In this document: positions 8,797 to 18,655 of the stretch, piece by piece
Numbering within the stretch: the stretch's first letter is position 1
Layout of the letters: the number at the start of each line of letters is the position of its first letter
Assembly: GCA_963827755.1 (NCBI GenBank)
Contig: CAWHCQ010000017.1
Coordinates: 32,001 to 96,000 of the forward strand
Reading direction: 5' to 3'
DNA from: an uncultured Gammaproteobacteria bacterium
GTDB taxonomy: Bacteria; Pseudomonadota; Gammaproteobacteria; UBA9214
Length of the DNA: 64,000 bases
The notes under the pieces: model-generated
Seen by the model: the letters and a program-made list of their open reading frames with translations, nothing else
What the model was told of the DNA's origin: nothing
Databases searched by the model: none
Made by a program: the position numbers and the translations under genes

Positions 8797-9429
8797 GTGA
8801 GTAAAACACCCCCATTACTGCAAATCAAGAATCTGCGACGCCTGGCGATCGGGCCGCTGTCGCTGGATGTCGATAGCGGCGATTGCCTGTGTATCTCCGG
8901 GCCATCCGGTTGCGGTAAATCGCAACTGCTGCGTGCAATCGCCGATCTTGATCCGCACGAGGGGGAGGTCTTGCTCGAGGGGGTCGACGCCAACGCGATT
9001 GCAGCGAACGAGTGGCGTGCACGGGTTGCCTTGCTGCCACCGGAGAGCTGCTGGTGGCTGCCACACGCCATTGATCATTTTCGTGACGGTGTGCCCATAG
9101 CACTTGAGCATATTGGTCTGTCGACGCCCATTCTTGACCAGCCGGTCAGTCGGCTTTCAAGTGGTGAACGGCAACGCCTTGCGCTGATGCGCCTGCTCTC
9201 CAACCGGCCGCGGGTGCTGCTGCTCGATGAGCCGACGGCCAACCTCGACCCGGAGAATACCCGGCGCATCGAGACGGTGATCACGGAATACCGCCGCAGT
9301 CACGATGCAGCGGTCATCTGGGTCAGCCACGACAGCGAGCAGGTCAAGCGGGTTGCAAACCGTTATTATGCAGTGGTGGATGGCCACCTGCAGCAGCGTG
9401 AGATGGAGTGGACGCAATGGTTACGTTGA
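8797..9429 (+). CDS. ABC transporter ATP-binding protein (FetA/YbbL-like)
   Basis: Walker A GPSGCGKS, LSSGERQR, LLLDEPT, WVSHD. Confidence 0.88.
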   Translation: MSKTPPLLQIKNLRRLAIGPLSLDVDSGDCLCISGPSGCGKSQLLRAIADLDPHEGEVLLEGVDANAIAANEWRARVALLPPESCWWLPHAIDHFRDGVPIALEHIGLSTPILDQPVSRLSSGERQRLALMRLLSNRPRVLLLDEPTANLDPENTRRIETVITEYRRSHDAAVIWVSHDSEQVKRVANRYYAVVDGHLQQREMEWTQWLR

Positions 9430-10208
9430 CAATTGCCGACCTGGCCATTGCGGCGCTGCTGGTGGTATTACTGGCCTTGCTGTCGATGCGCCTGCAAACC
9501 GGCATCAGCCAGCAACTGGTCATTGCCGCTGCCAGGACCGCCATCCAGCTGACCCTGATCGGGCTGGTGCTGAAAGCCCTGTTTGCGAATGTGCAGTTTG
9601 GCTGGGTGTCACTCATGGCCCTGTTCATGTTGCTGGTTGCCGGGCGTGAGGTCATGGCGCGGCAGGAACGGCGCTTCAAGGGCTGGTGGGGTTACGCGGT
9701 CGGCACCTTCTCGATGTTCCTGTCATCCTTTACCGTTACCGTATTTGCCCTCATCATCATTCTCGGGGAGACGCCGTGGTATGAACCACAGTATGCGATT
9801 CCCCTGCTCGGCATGTTGCTGGGCAACACCATGAACGGCATCTCGATTGCCATGGACCGCCTGACCACCTCGGCATGGGAGCAGCGCAGCGTGATAGAGG
9901 CGCGCCTGATGCTCGGCGAGCGTGCGGATGAGGCGATATCGGAAATTCGAAGACAGGCGATTCGCAGCGGCATGATCCCTATTATCAACGCCATGGCCGC
10001 GGCCGGTATTATCAGCCTGCCGGGTATGATGACCGGGCAGATACTGGCAGGTGCCGCGCCGGTCGAGGCGGTGAAATACCAGATCCTTATAATGTTCCTG
10101 ATCACCGCCGGTACCGGGCTGGGCACCATGGCAGCCGTTACCATTGGCGCAAAACACCTGTTCGACAAGCGCCAGCGGCTTTGCCTGGAACGGTTGCGGG
10201 AAAAATAA
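9408..10208 (+). CDS. fetB: UPF0014 ABC permease (FetB/YbbM, iron export)
   Basis: RTAIQL, YAIPLLGMLLGNTM, GIISLPGMMTGQILAG..P..AVKYQILIMF. Confidence 0.85.
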   Translation: MDAMVTLTIADLAIAALLVVLLALLSMRLQTGISQQLVIAAARTAIQLTLIGLVLKALFANVQFGWVSLMALFMLLVAGREVMARQERRFKGWWGYAVGTFSMFLSSFTVTVFALIIILGETPWYEPQYAIPLLGMLLGNTMNGISIAMDRLTTSAWEQRSVIEARLMLGERADEAISEIRRQAIRSGMIPIINAMAAAGIISLPGMMTGQILAGAAPVEAVKYQILIMFLITAGTGLGTMAAVTIGAKHLFDKRQRLCLERLREK

Positions 10209-10244
10209 CGGGTCTCCGGACTGCAAATCGGCTGCAGGTGCGCC

Positions 10245-10706
10245 ATGAAACTATTCACCATGTTTTTTGTTGTCGTCATGTTCACCAGCGTGGAAGTGGC
10301 GGCGGAAATCTATAAATGCACGTCTGCCGGCGGGGAGGTTGATTACACCGACAGGCCTTGCCGGGGAGAGTCAAGCATTTTTGTTCCCGGCCCGGCACCC
10401 GTGGTGGATGAACATGTGAAAGCGCGCGAGGAAAAAAGAAAACGGCTGCTGCGTGCCTACCGCGAGGAAGATGCTGCGGAAAAACAAAAAGCCGCCGAGC
10501 TGAAGGCCGAACGCGAAAGGCGCGCGGAGCACTGCCGTCGTGCAAGAATAAATTACCGCAGGATCAGGGAGGCCGGGCGTGTTTTCCGGCCCGGCAGCGA
10601 CGGCGAACGTGTCGACTTCACGGACGAGGAACGCGCCGCGGCAACAGCCCGTGCACAGGCCGATGTCGAAGCAATGGTGCGACGGGAAATAACGGCAGCG
10701 AATTGA
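10245..10706 (+). CDS. DUF4124-type secreted protein
   Basis: Signal peptide, then EIYKC...G.V.YTDRPC and a charged helical region; possible 3' frameshift (WCDGK* in another frame). Confidence 0.7.
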   Translation: MKLFTMFFVVVMFTSVEVAAEIYKCTSAGGEVDYTDRPCRGESSIFVPGPAPVVDEHVKAREEKRKRLLRAYREEDAAEKQKAAELKAERERRAEHCRRARINYRRIREAGRVFRPGSDGERVDFTDEERAAATARAQADVEAMVRREITAAN

Positions 10707-10758
10707 ACCGGCCGCTGCAAAAACAGGCCGCCATGCGCAGCCACTGGAGCAGACGCTT

Positions 10759-11649
10759 ATGAAAACCGGCATTATCGGACTCGGAGCCATGGGTGGGCCC
10801 ATGGCAGGCAACCTGAACCGGGCCGGCTATCTCGAGACGGTCTGGAATCGCAGCAGCGACAAGGCGCAGCGGCTTGCCGGTGAACTTGGCGTGGCGCTTG
10901 CAGACAGCCCGGCGACACTGGCGCAGCAGTGCGAACTCATTATCCTGTCCGTATCCGCCGATGCGGATGTGCTCGAAATTATCGAGGCAATGAAACCCGG
11001 TTTGAGTGCCGGCAAGGTCGTACTGGATACCTCCACCGTCAGCCGCGAGACCGCACAGCAGGCCGCGGCCCTGCTCGAGCAAAGCGGCGTCGACTTCCTC
11101 GATGCACCGGTCTCCGGCGGTATCGAGGGTGCGCGCCAGGGCACGCTGGCCATGATGGTCGGCGGCGACCGCGCGGTACTTGACAAGATCCGGCCGGTAC
11201 TGGATTCAATTGCCGGGCGCGTCGCTCACATGGGGCCGGTCGGTGCCGGCCAGTCCACCAAGGCCGTCAACCAGGTGATGGCCGCCGGCATCAACCAGGC
11301 CGTCACCGAGGCGCTCGCCTTTGCACAGGCACTCGACTTGCCCATGGACAAGGTCATCGAGGTCGTCGGTGGCGGGGCGGCCGGCAACTGGTTTCTCGAC
11401 CACCGCGGCCCGGGCATGACAGCGGGTAAATTCGAGCCGGGCTTTCGCGTTGCACTGCACCACAAGGATCTCGTCATCTGCCAGCAGCTGGCCGAGCAGT
11501 TCGACGTCGCCCTGCCGGTGATCGAGATGACGCTGATTCACTACCGCCGGTTAATGGCGGCCGGCTATGGTGATGAAGACATCTCCGCACTGTTTCGGGA
11601 GAAGCGGGGAATGTTTGAAAAAGGCAGTGACCGCCCGAAACGACCCTGA
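10759..11649 (+). CDS. NAD(P)-dependent beta-hydroxyacid dehydrogenase (3-hydroxyisobutyrate/tartronate semialdehyde reductase family)
   Basis: GIIGLGAMGGPMA, FLDAPVSGG, GAGQSTKAVNQ, FEPGFRVALHHKDL. Confidence 0.9.
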   Translation: MKTGIIGLGAMGGPMAGNLNRAGYLETVWNRSSDKAQRLAGELGVALADSPATLAQQCELIILSVSADADVLEIIEAMKPGLSAGKVVLDTSTVSRETAQQAAALLEQSGVDFLDAPVSGGIEGARQGTLAMMVGGDRAVLDKIRPVLDSIAGRVAHMGPVGAGQSTKAVNQVMAAGINQAVTEALAFAQALDLPMDKVIEVVGGGAAGNWFLDHRGPGMTAGKFEPGFRVALHHKDLVICQQLAEQFDVALPVIEMTLIHYRRLMAAGYGDEDISALFREKRGMFEKGSDRPKRP

Positions 11650-11925
11650 CCGTTATCCAGCGGGCTGTGCACCCCGCGACTGCCCTTGTTGATAAACCGG
11701 CGAATCCACCGAGTACAGGATTGCCCTGTGCGCAGACTGTCATGCCGGGCCCGGATTGCATCTCGACCACAATCGAGCAAACGTTTTTTACTCCATGTCA
11801 TGTTTGAAAATTCTTTTAGGCCATGTAGTATCAGGCTGAGCCATTGAATTAATGTCAGTCAATAATCAAACATGTCCTGAAAGTCGCAATACAAAGGCGA
11901 CTTTCAGATTGCTCAGGATAAATCA

Positions 11926-12528
11926 GTGAGATCATGTTGTGATGATGACTGCGCTCTTGACGCTCTTCGCGATAAGCAGCGCAGTACGCTTGTAAAGGTC
12001 CTGTGGATTAATGCCTTCATGTTTATTGCTATAGCTGCGGCGGCGTTTTATGGCAAGTCAACCGCCCTGCTATCTGACAGCCTGGACAACCTGGGTGATG
12101 CATTGACATATGGATTAAGCTTGTTTGCGGTCTCCAAGGGCACAACTGCAAAGGCTCGCGTTGCTCTGTTCAAGGGTGGCCTGATTTTCCTGGCGGCTTG
12201 CATTGTTGTTGCCCAGATAATCTACAGACTTGTCAATCCAGTGCTCCCTTCCTATGAAGTAATGAGTATCTTTAGTCTTGCTGGCCTGGCAGCAAACGGG
12301 GTGTGTTTATTACTGCTTTGGCACCATCGGAATGAAGACATCAATATGAGCTCTGTTTTCGAGTGTTCACGAAATGATATTGCTGCAAACCTGTCTGTAA
12401 TAATGGCGGCTATCGGTGTCTGGGCATTTAACTCAGGCTTGCCAGACATCATTATTGCAACACTCCTGGCAGCACTTCTTTTGAATTCGTCTGCTCGGGT
12501 TATAAAGGGAGCATTGTCGGAGTTATAG
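11926..12528 (+). CDS. CDF-type cation (Co/Zn/Cd) transporter membrane domain
   Basis: N-terminal CC, STALLSDSLDNLGDALTYGLSL, DINMSSVFECSRND. Confidence 0.8.
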   Translation: MRSCCDDDCALDALRDKQRSTLVKVLWINAFMFIAIAAAAFYGKSTALLSDSLDNLGDALTYGLSLFAVSKGTTAKARVALFKGGLIFLAACIVVAQIIYRLVNPVLPSYEVMSIFSLAGLAANGVCLLLLWHHRNEDINMSSVFECSRNDIAANLSVIMAAIGVWAFNSGLPDIIIATLLAALLLNSSARVIKGALSEL

Positions 12529-12752
12529 GATGGGAAGACCCGAAAGCAGCCGGATGCGCTGTCCTGCACCGCTCAAATCTGCGTTTTGTGGCAGGAGCAG
12601 GGGGAGGTTATGATGAACGATGAAACCGTTGGCAGTTTTCACCGGGGTTTCCGGGCAATCGGCACTGTCGCGCTGGCGAATCAAAAGCAATACGTATCTC
12701 TGTATACCTGTGGCAGCACGGCACGGTGCAATGTTGGAAAACAGGAGGAATT

Positions 12753-13301
12753 ATGAACAAAATACTTTTAGTCTTTTTGCTTGTAATGGCGCCTCTTTGC
12801 CATGCCAATGATTTATTATGGTTTAGCTCTGATAAAAGCAAATGGCCCGATTCCGAGTCCAGGAAAAGCAGCGATGGTTTTGCGGGGATGCTCCTGGTTA
12901 CGCCTGATTCAGACTGGGAGGAAAAGTGGGCTGCATCATCTGAAGGCGTTCCGCAGTTTATGGCGGCCAACACCGTACGCTACGGGGAGGAGCTTTCTGT
13001 ATTGATATTCTTCATGAATCCAAAGCCGGATGACCGCAATAATGTAGACATACAATGTAGTTTCGTGGTGACTCGCCCGAACAAGACGATTGCCGTATAT
13101 GAGCAGGGAGTCGCCTGTATGAAAGGGGGATTGCAGGGTAACGAAAACAGAGTCGGATTATCGCCGGTTGTTCTGAAATTCGTGGGTGAAAAAAATGATC
13201 CTGCAGGCATATGGACGATTAGTGTGGATCTCAGAGATGTGAACCGGAATACAACACTGCAACTCAAAACCCGTTTCAGTCTGGTCAAAAACGATAACTG
13301 A
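12753..13301 (+). CDS. Hypothetical secreted protein
   Basis: RBS AGGAGG, signal peptide MNKILLVFLLVMAPLCHA, long open frame. Confidence 0.7.
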   Translation: MNKILLVFLLVMAPLCHANDLLWFSSDKSKWPDSESRKSSDGFAGMLLVTPDSDWEEKWAASSEGVPQFMAANTVRYGEELSVLIFFMNPKPDDRNNVDIQCSFVVTRPNKTIAVYEQGVACMKGGLQGNENRVGLSPVVLKFVGEKNDPAGIWTISVDLRDVNRNTTLQLKTRFSLVKNDN

Positions 13302-13433
13302 CATCAAGATAAGACGCATCCACCGGATGGTCAGGATGCGCTTGTTGTGCCCACGAAGATGCTACCGTTTCATGCTGCCTGATTCAGGTGTTAGATATCA
13401 AAAATATGCTGGTAATTACCATGGAGTGATCTT

Positions 13434-14465
13434 GTGAAGATATCCAGGAACCAGCTGGGCAAGGCGGCTGAAGAAGGGCTGCTTTCAGCCGAGCAGGCCG
13501 ATGCCCTGTTTGACTTTCTTCAAAGCCAGCCTGACCCGGCTCCCGTTTTTAATTTCACCAACATTCTCTATTACTTCGGCGGCCTGGTCGCAATAGGCGC
13601 GATGACGTTGTTTATGAACCTGGGCTGGGAGGAGTTTGGCGGGTGGGGAATTTTATCGATCTCGATTGCCTACGCGTGTATCGGGCTTTTTCTGACTGGT
13701 AAATTTCAGCGCGCGGGGCATGCCATTCCGGCTGGAATATGTGCAACCTTCGTCGTCGCTATTACACCGCTGGCCATCTACGGGTTCCAGCAGGGCATGG
13801 GATGGTGGCCTGATGCAACCACCTACCATGAGTACCATGAATATATAAAATGGCACTGGATTTACCTGGAGTTCGGCACATTGATAACAGGTGCTGTTAT
13901 GGCGTGGGTTTACCGCTATCCTTTTCTTGTCATGCCGGTTGCGGTAACCCTGTGGTACATGTCCATGGATATGGCAGCAATGTTGACCGGTGGCGAGGCC
14001 GATTACGAATTTCGTGCGTTTGTCTCCATGTGGTTTGGGTTGTTGACCCTGTGTATTGCCTTCTGGGTGGATATCCGCTCCAGAAAATCGGCAGACTATG
14101 CCTTCTGGTTATATATATTCGGTGTAATTGCCTTCTGGTGCGGTCTGTCGCTGCAGCACTCGGACAGCGAACTCTCCAAACTGATTTACTTCTGTATAAA
14201 CATGGGCCTCATAGGGATCGGTGCCGTGCTTGTCAGGCGGGTATTTGTCGTTTTCGGGGTACTGGGATGTGCGGTATATTTTGAACACCTGGCTTCAACT
14301 ATATTTGAGGATAGCTGGCTGTTCCCGATTGCGTTAACGGTGATCGGCCTGGCAATTATGTACCTCGGTATTATCTGGCAAAGACATGAGGCGGCAATAA
14401 CCCGTAATATCAGGAGAGTATTGCCCGTAGAGTTGCAGGAACTGCTTTCCGAAAGAACGGGATAG
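13434..14465 (+). CDS. DUF2157-type multi-pass membrane protein
   Basis: 343 aa; N-terminal AAEEGLLSAEQADAL, FNFTNILYYFGG, many hydrophobic segments. Confidence 0.75.
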   Translation: MKISRNQLGKAAEEGLLSAEQADALFDFLQSQPDPAPVFNFTNILYYFGGLVAIGAMTLFMNLGWEEFGGWGILSISIAYACIGLFLTGKFQRAGHAIPAGICATFVVAITPLAIYGFQQGMGWWPDATTYHEYHEYIKWHWIYLEFGTLITGAVMAWVYRYPFLVMPVAVTLWYMSMDMAAMLTGGEADYEFRAFVSMWFGLLTLCIAFWVDIRSRKSADYAFWLYIFGVIAFWCGLSLQHSDSELSKLIYFCINMGLIGIGAVLVRRVFVVFGVLGCAVYFEHLASTIFEDSWLFPIALTVIGLAIMYLGIIWQRHEAAITRNIRRVLPVELQELLSERTG

Positions 14466-14556
14466 CGGGCAGGCATTCGGCAACCCGTTCTGCTCTACAT
14501 GGGTGGCCGACACCGGGTGCGATGTTTTTCAAATAATTAATTAAAGGGCGAATACT

Positions 14557-15063
14557 ATGGGAAAAAATATGCTGGCGATGATCATTGCTGTTGGCAGCCT
14601 TTTTGCCTTCCCGGTGCAGAGTCCCGCGACAGAGCCGCATGACCCGTCTCAACGTATCGGTTTATCGCCGGATTTGCTGGCTCTTCTTGGTGAGGAGATG
14701 CGTGAAATTGCCGCAGGTGTGCAGGGCATAGCCTTGTCCCTGGCGACTGCGGACTGGAAGTCGATGGAGGAAACCAGTGCGAAGATTCAGGCCAGCTACA
14801 TTATGCAGAAGAAGCTTACCCCGGCCCAGGCCAGGGAACTGGAGCATGCGCTGCCCGCGGATTTCAAACGGATAGATGCGGAGTTTCACCAGCGGGCAGG
14901 AAGACTGGGCCTGGCCGCAGCAGCCCATGATCCCGAGCTGGCCGCCTTCCACTATTCACGCCTGGTGGAAAGCTGTGCGCTTTGTCATGCTGCCTATGCA
15001 AGGCAGCGGTTTCCGGGTTTCTCACCCATTGGACCGCAGGGCCACCACCACGCGAAACATTGA
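14557..15063 (+). CDS. Periplasmic class II (c'-like) cytochrome c
   Basis: Signal peptide, helical body, C-terminal CxxCH (ESCALCHAAY), His-rich tail. Confidence 0.75.
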   Translation: MGKNMLAMIIAVGSLFAFPVQSPATEPHDPSQRIGLSPDLLALLGEEMREIAAGVQGIALSLATADWKSMEETSAKIQASYIMQKKLTPAQARELEHALPADFKRIDAEFHQRAGRLGLAAAAHDPELAAFHYSRLVESCALCHAAYARQRFPGFSPIGPQGHHHAKH

Positions 15064-15132
15064 CTTCCGCTGCAGGCGGCAGCCCGAATGGGCCGCCATC
15101 CTGACACCCGTTGAGGCTTTAAGGAGGAGACT

Positions 15133-15660
15133 ATGAAAAAATATATGCTTGCCGTGATTTTGAGTGGCATCGTATTGTTCCTCTGGGGCTTCTTCTCCTG
15201 GGCCGTATTGCCCTGGCACAACACGGTTGCCAACGAATTTACAAGTGAACAGACCGTTGCCCGGGTGTTAAGGGAAAACGCACCAGGGGCCGGGGTTTAT
15301 TACCTGCCTTTTGCAGAAGAGGACCGCGGGGCTGGAGAGACCGGCGCATTTGTCAATGTATTGCCCGACGGGTTTGATATGAATATGGGGAAACTGATGG
15401 GGCAGGCCTTGCTGGGGCAAATGATGGCTGCGTTCCTGGTGCTTTTGCTGCTGCGCAATACATCGGGCCTCGCGTACATGCAGCGGGTGGGTTTTGTTGC
15501 CCTGGTGGGCCTGACGATCGGCTTTGTGGGTCATTTCCCCTACTGGAACTGGTTCGGATTTTCAGCAGCGTATGTAATTGTCATAATACTCGACTCGTTA
15601 ATTGCCTGGACCCTGGCAGGGCTTGTAATGGCAAGGCTTGTCGATGGTCAAAGGGCGTAA
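15133..15660 (+). CDS. Hypothetical membrane protein
   Basis: RBS AGGAGG; 175 aa with about four hydrophobic helices, PGAGVYYLP, YWNWFGF. Confidence 0.75.
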   Translation: MKKYMLAVILSGIVLFLWGFFSWAVLPWHNTVANEFTSEQTVARVLRENAPGAGVYYLPFAEEDRGAGETGAFVNVLPDGFDMNMGKLMGQALLGQMMAAFLVLLLLRNTSGLAYMQRVGFVALVGLTIGFVGHFPYWNWFGFSAAYVIVIILDSLIAWTLAGLVMARLVDGQRA

Positions 15661-15792
15661 CAATTAATACACGCCGGATGCGTGGCATGGGCGCCCGGGT
15701 TTTCTGCACCCCGGATATCCGGGTATTCAGCATGTCATCATTCAGGCAGCGTATTTATTCCATGCCAGGCAAAACAGGAGGGAAGTAGGGAA

Positions 15793-16071
15793 ATGGAAAA
15801 AAAAGACAATATGCCGATATGGGTTTTTCTCGCTTTTTCCAGTATCGAGACCAGGAAGGCGGCCTTGCTGCTGATTTCGGTCTGCGTGGTTTTTTCACTC
15901 TATTGTATTCCCTGGTCATTATTATTCACGGACAACATCTGGGTTGCGAAAATATTCCTGATCGATGACTGGAGCTGGCTTGCGATGATGATCCCGATTG
16001 TAGTCTGGTACTGGTTGAGTCTACGCTGGGTCGATAATCATTCCGGCTGGGAAGACGCCGGGCAGGATTAA
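15793..16071 (+). CDS. Small hypothetical membrane protein
   Basis: [22 protein letters not shown]...[10 protein letters not shown], two hydrophobic segments. Confidence 0.65.
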   Translation: MEKKDNMPIWVFLAFSSIETRKAALLLISVCVVFSLYCIPWSLLFTDNIWVAKIFLIDDWSWLAMMIPIVVWYWLSLRWVDNHSGWEDAGQD

Positions 16072-16148
16072 GACGGCTTGCCAGCAAGGTATACTTGCAT
16101 GTCCGCTTCCACCTGTCTGCTCCCTGCATACCCTGGCAGGCATATGCA

Positions 16149-16604
16149 GTGAATATCTGGGTCGATGCCGATGCCTGCCCTGCGGTAATCAAGGATATCC
16201 TGTTCAGAGCTGCCGAGCGTACCGGGACCCGGTTGACGCTTGTAGCCAACCAGCCCGTGCGAATACCGCGTTCACGCTGCATTAAATTTGTTCAGGTCTC
16301 GCCTGGTTTTGATGTTGCCGACAACGAGATCGTCAGGAGGCTTGCAGCAGGTGACCTTGTTATTACCGGGGATATTCCCCTGGCATCAGAGGTGATTGAG
16401 AAAGGCGCCCATGCGCTCAATCCCCGCGGTGAATTATATTCAGCTGACAATATAAAGGCGCGCCTGAATATGAGAGATTTTATGGACACATTGAGAGCCA
16501 GCGGAATCAACACGGGTGGCCCGCCGACGCTGAGCCAGAGTGATCGCCAGGCCTTTGCAAACAACCTGGACAGGTTATTGACCAGGTATGCAAATAGTTC
16601 ATAA
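16149..16604 (+). CDS. yaiI: YaiI/YqxD (UPF0178) family protein
   Basis: [38 protein letters not shown]. Confidence 0.9.
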   Translation: MNIWVDADACPAVIKDILFRAAERTGTRLTLVANQPVRIPRSRCIKFVQVSPGFDVADNEIVRRLAAGDLVITGDIPLASEVIEKGAHALNPRGELYSADNIKARLNMRDFMDTLRASGINTGGPPTLSQSDRQAFANNLDRLLTRYANSS

Positions 16605-16711
16605 CAAGCCGTCAAGAGGCACGCACCCTGGAATATGACGAAATAATAATAACGGAGGCCTACCCGAAAAAAGCGCGGCAACTCCGCTACCTGATCGGAC
16701 TGGCAGCGATC

Positions 16712-17134
16712 ATGCTGGCCGTGGGACTGGTTGCGCCGATAGCGACATTGAACAAGTTTATTCTTGTTCAGAATACATTTTCAGTGCTATCAGGGGTGCT
16801 GGCGCTGTTCAGTGAAGGCCAGTTCTTCCTGTTCCTGCTGATAAGCTGTTTCAGTGTGCTGTTGCCGGTCCTGAAGCTCGGCGTTCTTTACCGGCTGGTC
16901 AGTCAGAATTCCACGATGCGGGAGCAGACGAAGCGCCTGTTGCACTGGATGCACCTGTACGGGAAGTGGTCGATGCTCGATGTGTTTGTGGTGGCGGTGC
17001 TGGTGGTCCTGGTGAAGCTGGGAGCGATCGCCAATGTAGAAATGCGTTACGGCCTGTATGCCTTTGCGGCATCCGTGCTGCTGACCATGTTTGTTACGGC
17101 ACGCATCGTGAGCCTGACGAGTGAACCGCACTGA
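16712..17134 (+). CDS. Paraquat-inducible protein A (PqiA) single-domain membrane protein
   Basis: FSVLSGV..L, FSVLLPVLKL, GKWSMLDVFVVA, GLYAFAASVLL; true start may lie further upstream. Confidence 0.8.
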   Translation: MLAVGLVAPIATLNKFILVQNTFSVLSGVLALFSEGQFFLFLLISCFSVLLPVLKLGVLYRLVSQNSTMREQTKRLLHWMHLYGKWSMLDVFVVAVLVVLVKLGAIANVEMRYGLYAFAASVLLTMFVTARIVSLTSEPH

Positions 17135-17474
17135 CAATGCTGCTGTAAATGCCACCCGCCAGGCTTCATTCTGCGCTGTAACAGGGCATAATTCCGACCT
17201 GAAAGGTGCAGGCCTGTGTGTCACGCACGTCCTTGTCAGGGCGCTTTTGAGTAGCCTGCCGAGTGAGCTGTAGCGGTGGATTATATTCCTGCGGCACGTG
17301 AAAAGGTGGCGCAGATATCGGCTAAAGAGTGCTACAATCGCTTGCGTTCAGGGTGGTTATTCCCCCTGTAAACCTGATGGTTACATGAGTGATGACCCGG
17401 CGCAGTCCGGGAAGTTCCTGTCCTTCAGGGGCCGGATTTATGAATATTTTGTCATGAGACTAATGGAGAACATT

Positions 17475-18050
17475 ATGAAAGCTGTCGCAAAGGGTATTGT
17501 TTCGATTCTGCTGTTACCCCTGGCAATGGGTGCGCAAGCGGTGCTGGCCGAAGAGGGCAGCAGCAATAAAAACCCTGACCCGGTTGTGCAGGAGCAGGGC
17601 GCCATGGTCGAGGCTGCCGCAGCCATGGAGAACGAACAGGATACAGTGCAATACTCCGAGATGACAAAGGAAGAACAAAAACAATACAAGGCCGACATGA
17701 AGGCAGAAAAGAAGGCCGCACGCGAGCAGCTCAAGGCGGAAAAGAAGGCCGAACGCGAGCAGCTCAAGGCGGAAAAGAAGGCCGAACGCGAGCAGCTCAA
17801 GGCGGAAAAGAAGGCCGAACGCGAGCAGCTCAAGGCGGAAAAGAAGGCCGAACGCGAGCAGCTCAAGGCGGAGAAGAAGGCCGAACGCGAGCAGCTCAAG
17901 GCGGAAAAGAAGGCCGCACGCGAGCAGCGCAAGGCCGAAAGAAAGGCCGAACGTGATCGCCGCCGGGAAGAGCGCGAGCAAAAGAGGGCGATGAGGGAGC
18001 AGGATCCGAAGTATCGGCGCCCGATAGATGAGAGGTTCGAAGACTTCTAG
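17475..18050 (+). CDS. Secreted protein with an 11-residue charged tandem repeat
   Basis: RBS GGAGA, signal peptide ending AVLA, then seven KAEKKA(E/A)REQL-type units. Confidence 0.75.
   Translation: MKAVAKGIVSILLLPLAMGAQAVLAEEGSSNKNPDPVVQEQGAMVEAAAAMENEQDTVQYSEMTKEEQKQYKADMKAEKKAAREQLKAEKKAEREQLKAEKKAEREQLKAEKKAEREQLKAEKKAEREQLKAEKKAEREQLKAEKKAAREQRKAERKAERDRRREEREQKRAMREQDPKYRRPIDERFEDF
17700..17930 (+). repeat. 33-bp coding tandem repeat, 7 units plus a partial unit
   Basis: aaggcggaaaagaaggccgaacgcgagcagctc units start at 17700, 17733, 17766, 17799, 17832, 17865 and 17898. Confidence 0.95.
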
Positions 18051-18300
18051 GTGACATCCTGCAGGGATTGCTCACCTGCAGGAAAAATCCCGGTCGTGGA
18101 ACACGTGCCGGCCTGATCGGGGCACGTGAGTTCCGGGTGATCAACGACTGTATTTCACCTTCCCGGGTCGATGTCGTTTTTTTCATCATTTGTATTCATG
18201 CAAGCTGCCACAGGGGCCAGTGCCAGCTTGCCTCGTTCATTTGCGCTGTACCGACAGCAGTATTGAAGGTATTTCTTCAATCCAGATTCAGGGGGTTGTT

Positions 18301-18639
18301 ATGAAGGTTGCTTATATATTTTCCAGCCAGGGGCACACGGTGTCCTACAAGCTTGGCCAGATGATCCTCCCGCAGCTTGAAGCGGATGCGCATGGCGTTG
18401 ACGTGGTGGGCATGTTTTTCTTTGAAGACAACACCTATGTGCTGGTAAAGGACAACCCGCTGGGGGAGCGTCTGGCAAAGGTCGCCAGTGAAAAAGGCAT
18501 GTTGTTGATGGGCTGCGACAAGTGTTGCTACGAACGCGAGATCGATGGCAAGCTGGTCGACGGTGCCGTGATCGGTTGCTTTCCGAACCTGTACGAAGCC
18601 CTTTCAGGGAATATGCCAGACCAGGTGATCACCCTGTAG
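18301..18639 (+). CDS. DsrE-related protein (SaoD-like sulfur/selenium carrier fold)
   Basis: MKVAYIF..SYKLGQMILPQLE..HGVDVVGMFFF..CDKC..GCFPNLYEAL..PDQVITL. Confidence 0.7.
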   Translation: MKVAYIFSSQGHTVSYKLGQMILPQLEADAHGVDVVGMFFFEDNTYVLVKDNPLGERLAKVASEKGMLLMGCDKCCYEREIDGKLVDGAVIGCFPNLYEALSGNMPDQVITL

Positions 18640-18655
18640 GCTGTTTCCGGCAGAT

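Noticed and set aside
11652-11700. DnaA-box-like sequence after the dehydrogenase gene
   Set aside because: Only partial matches (ttatccagc); too degenerate to support.
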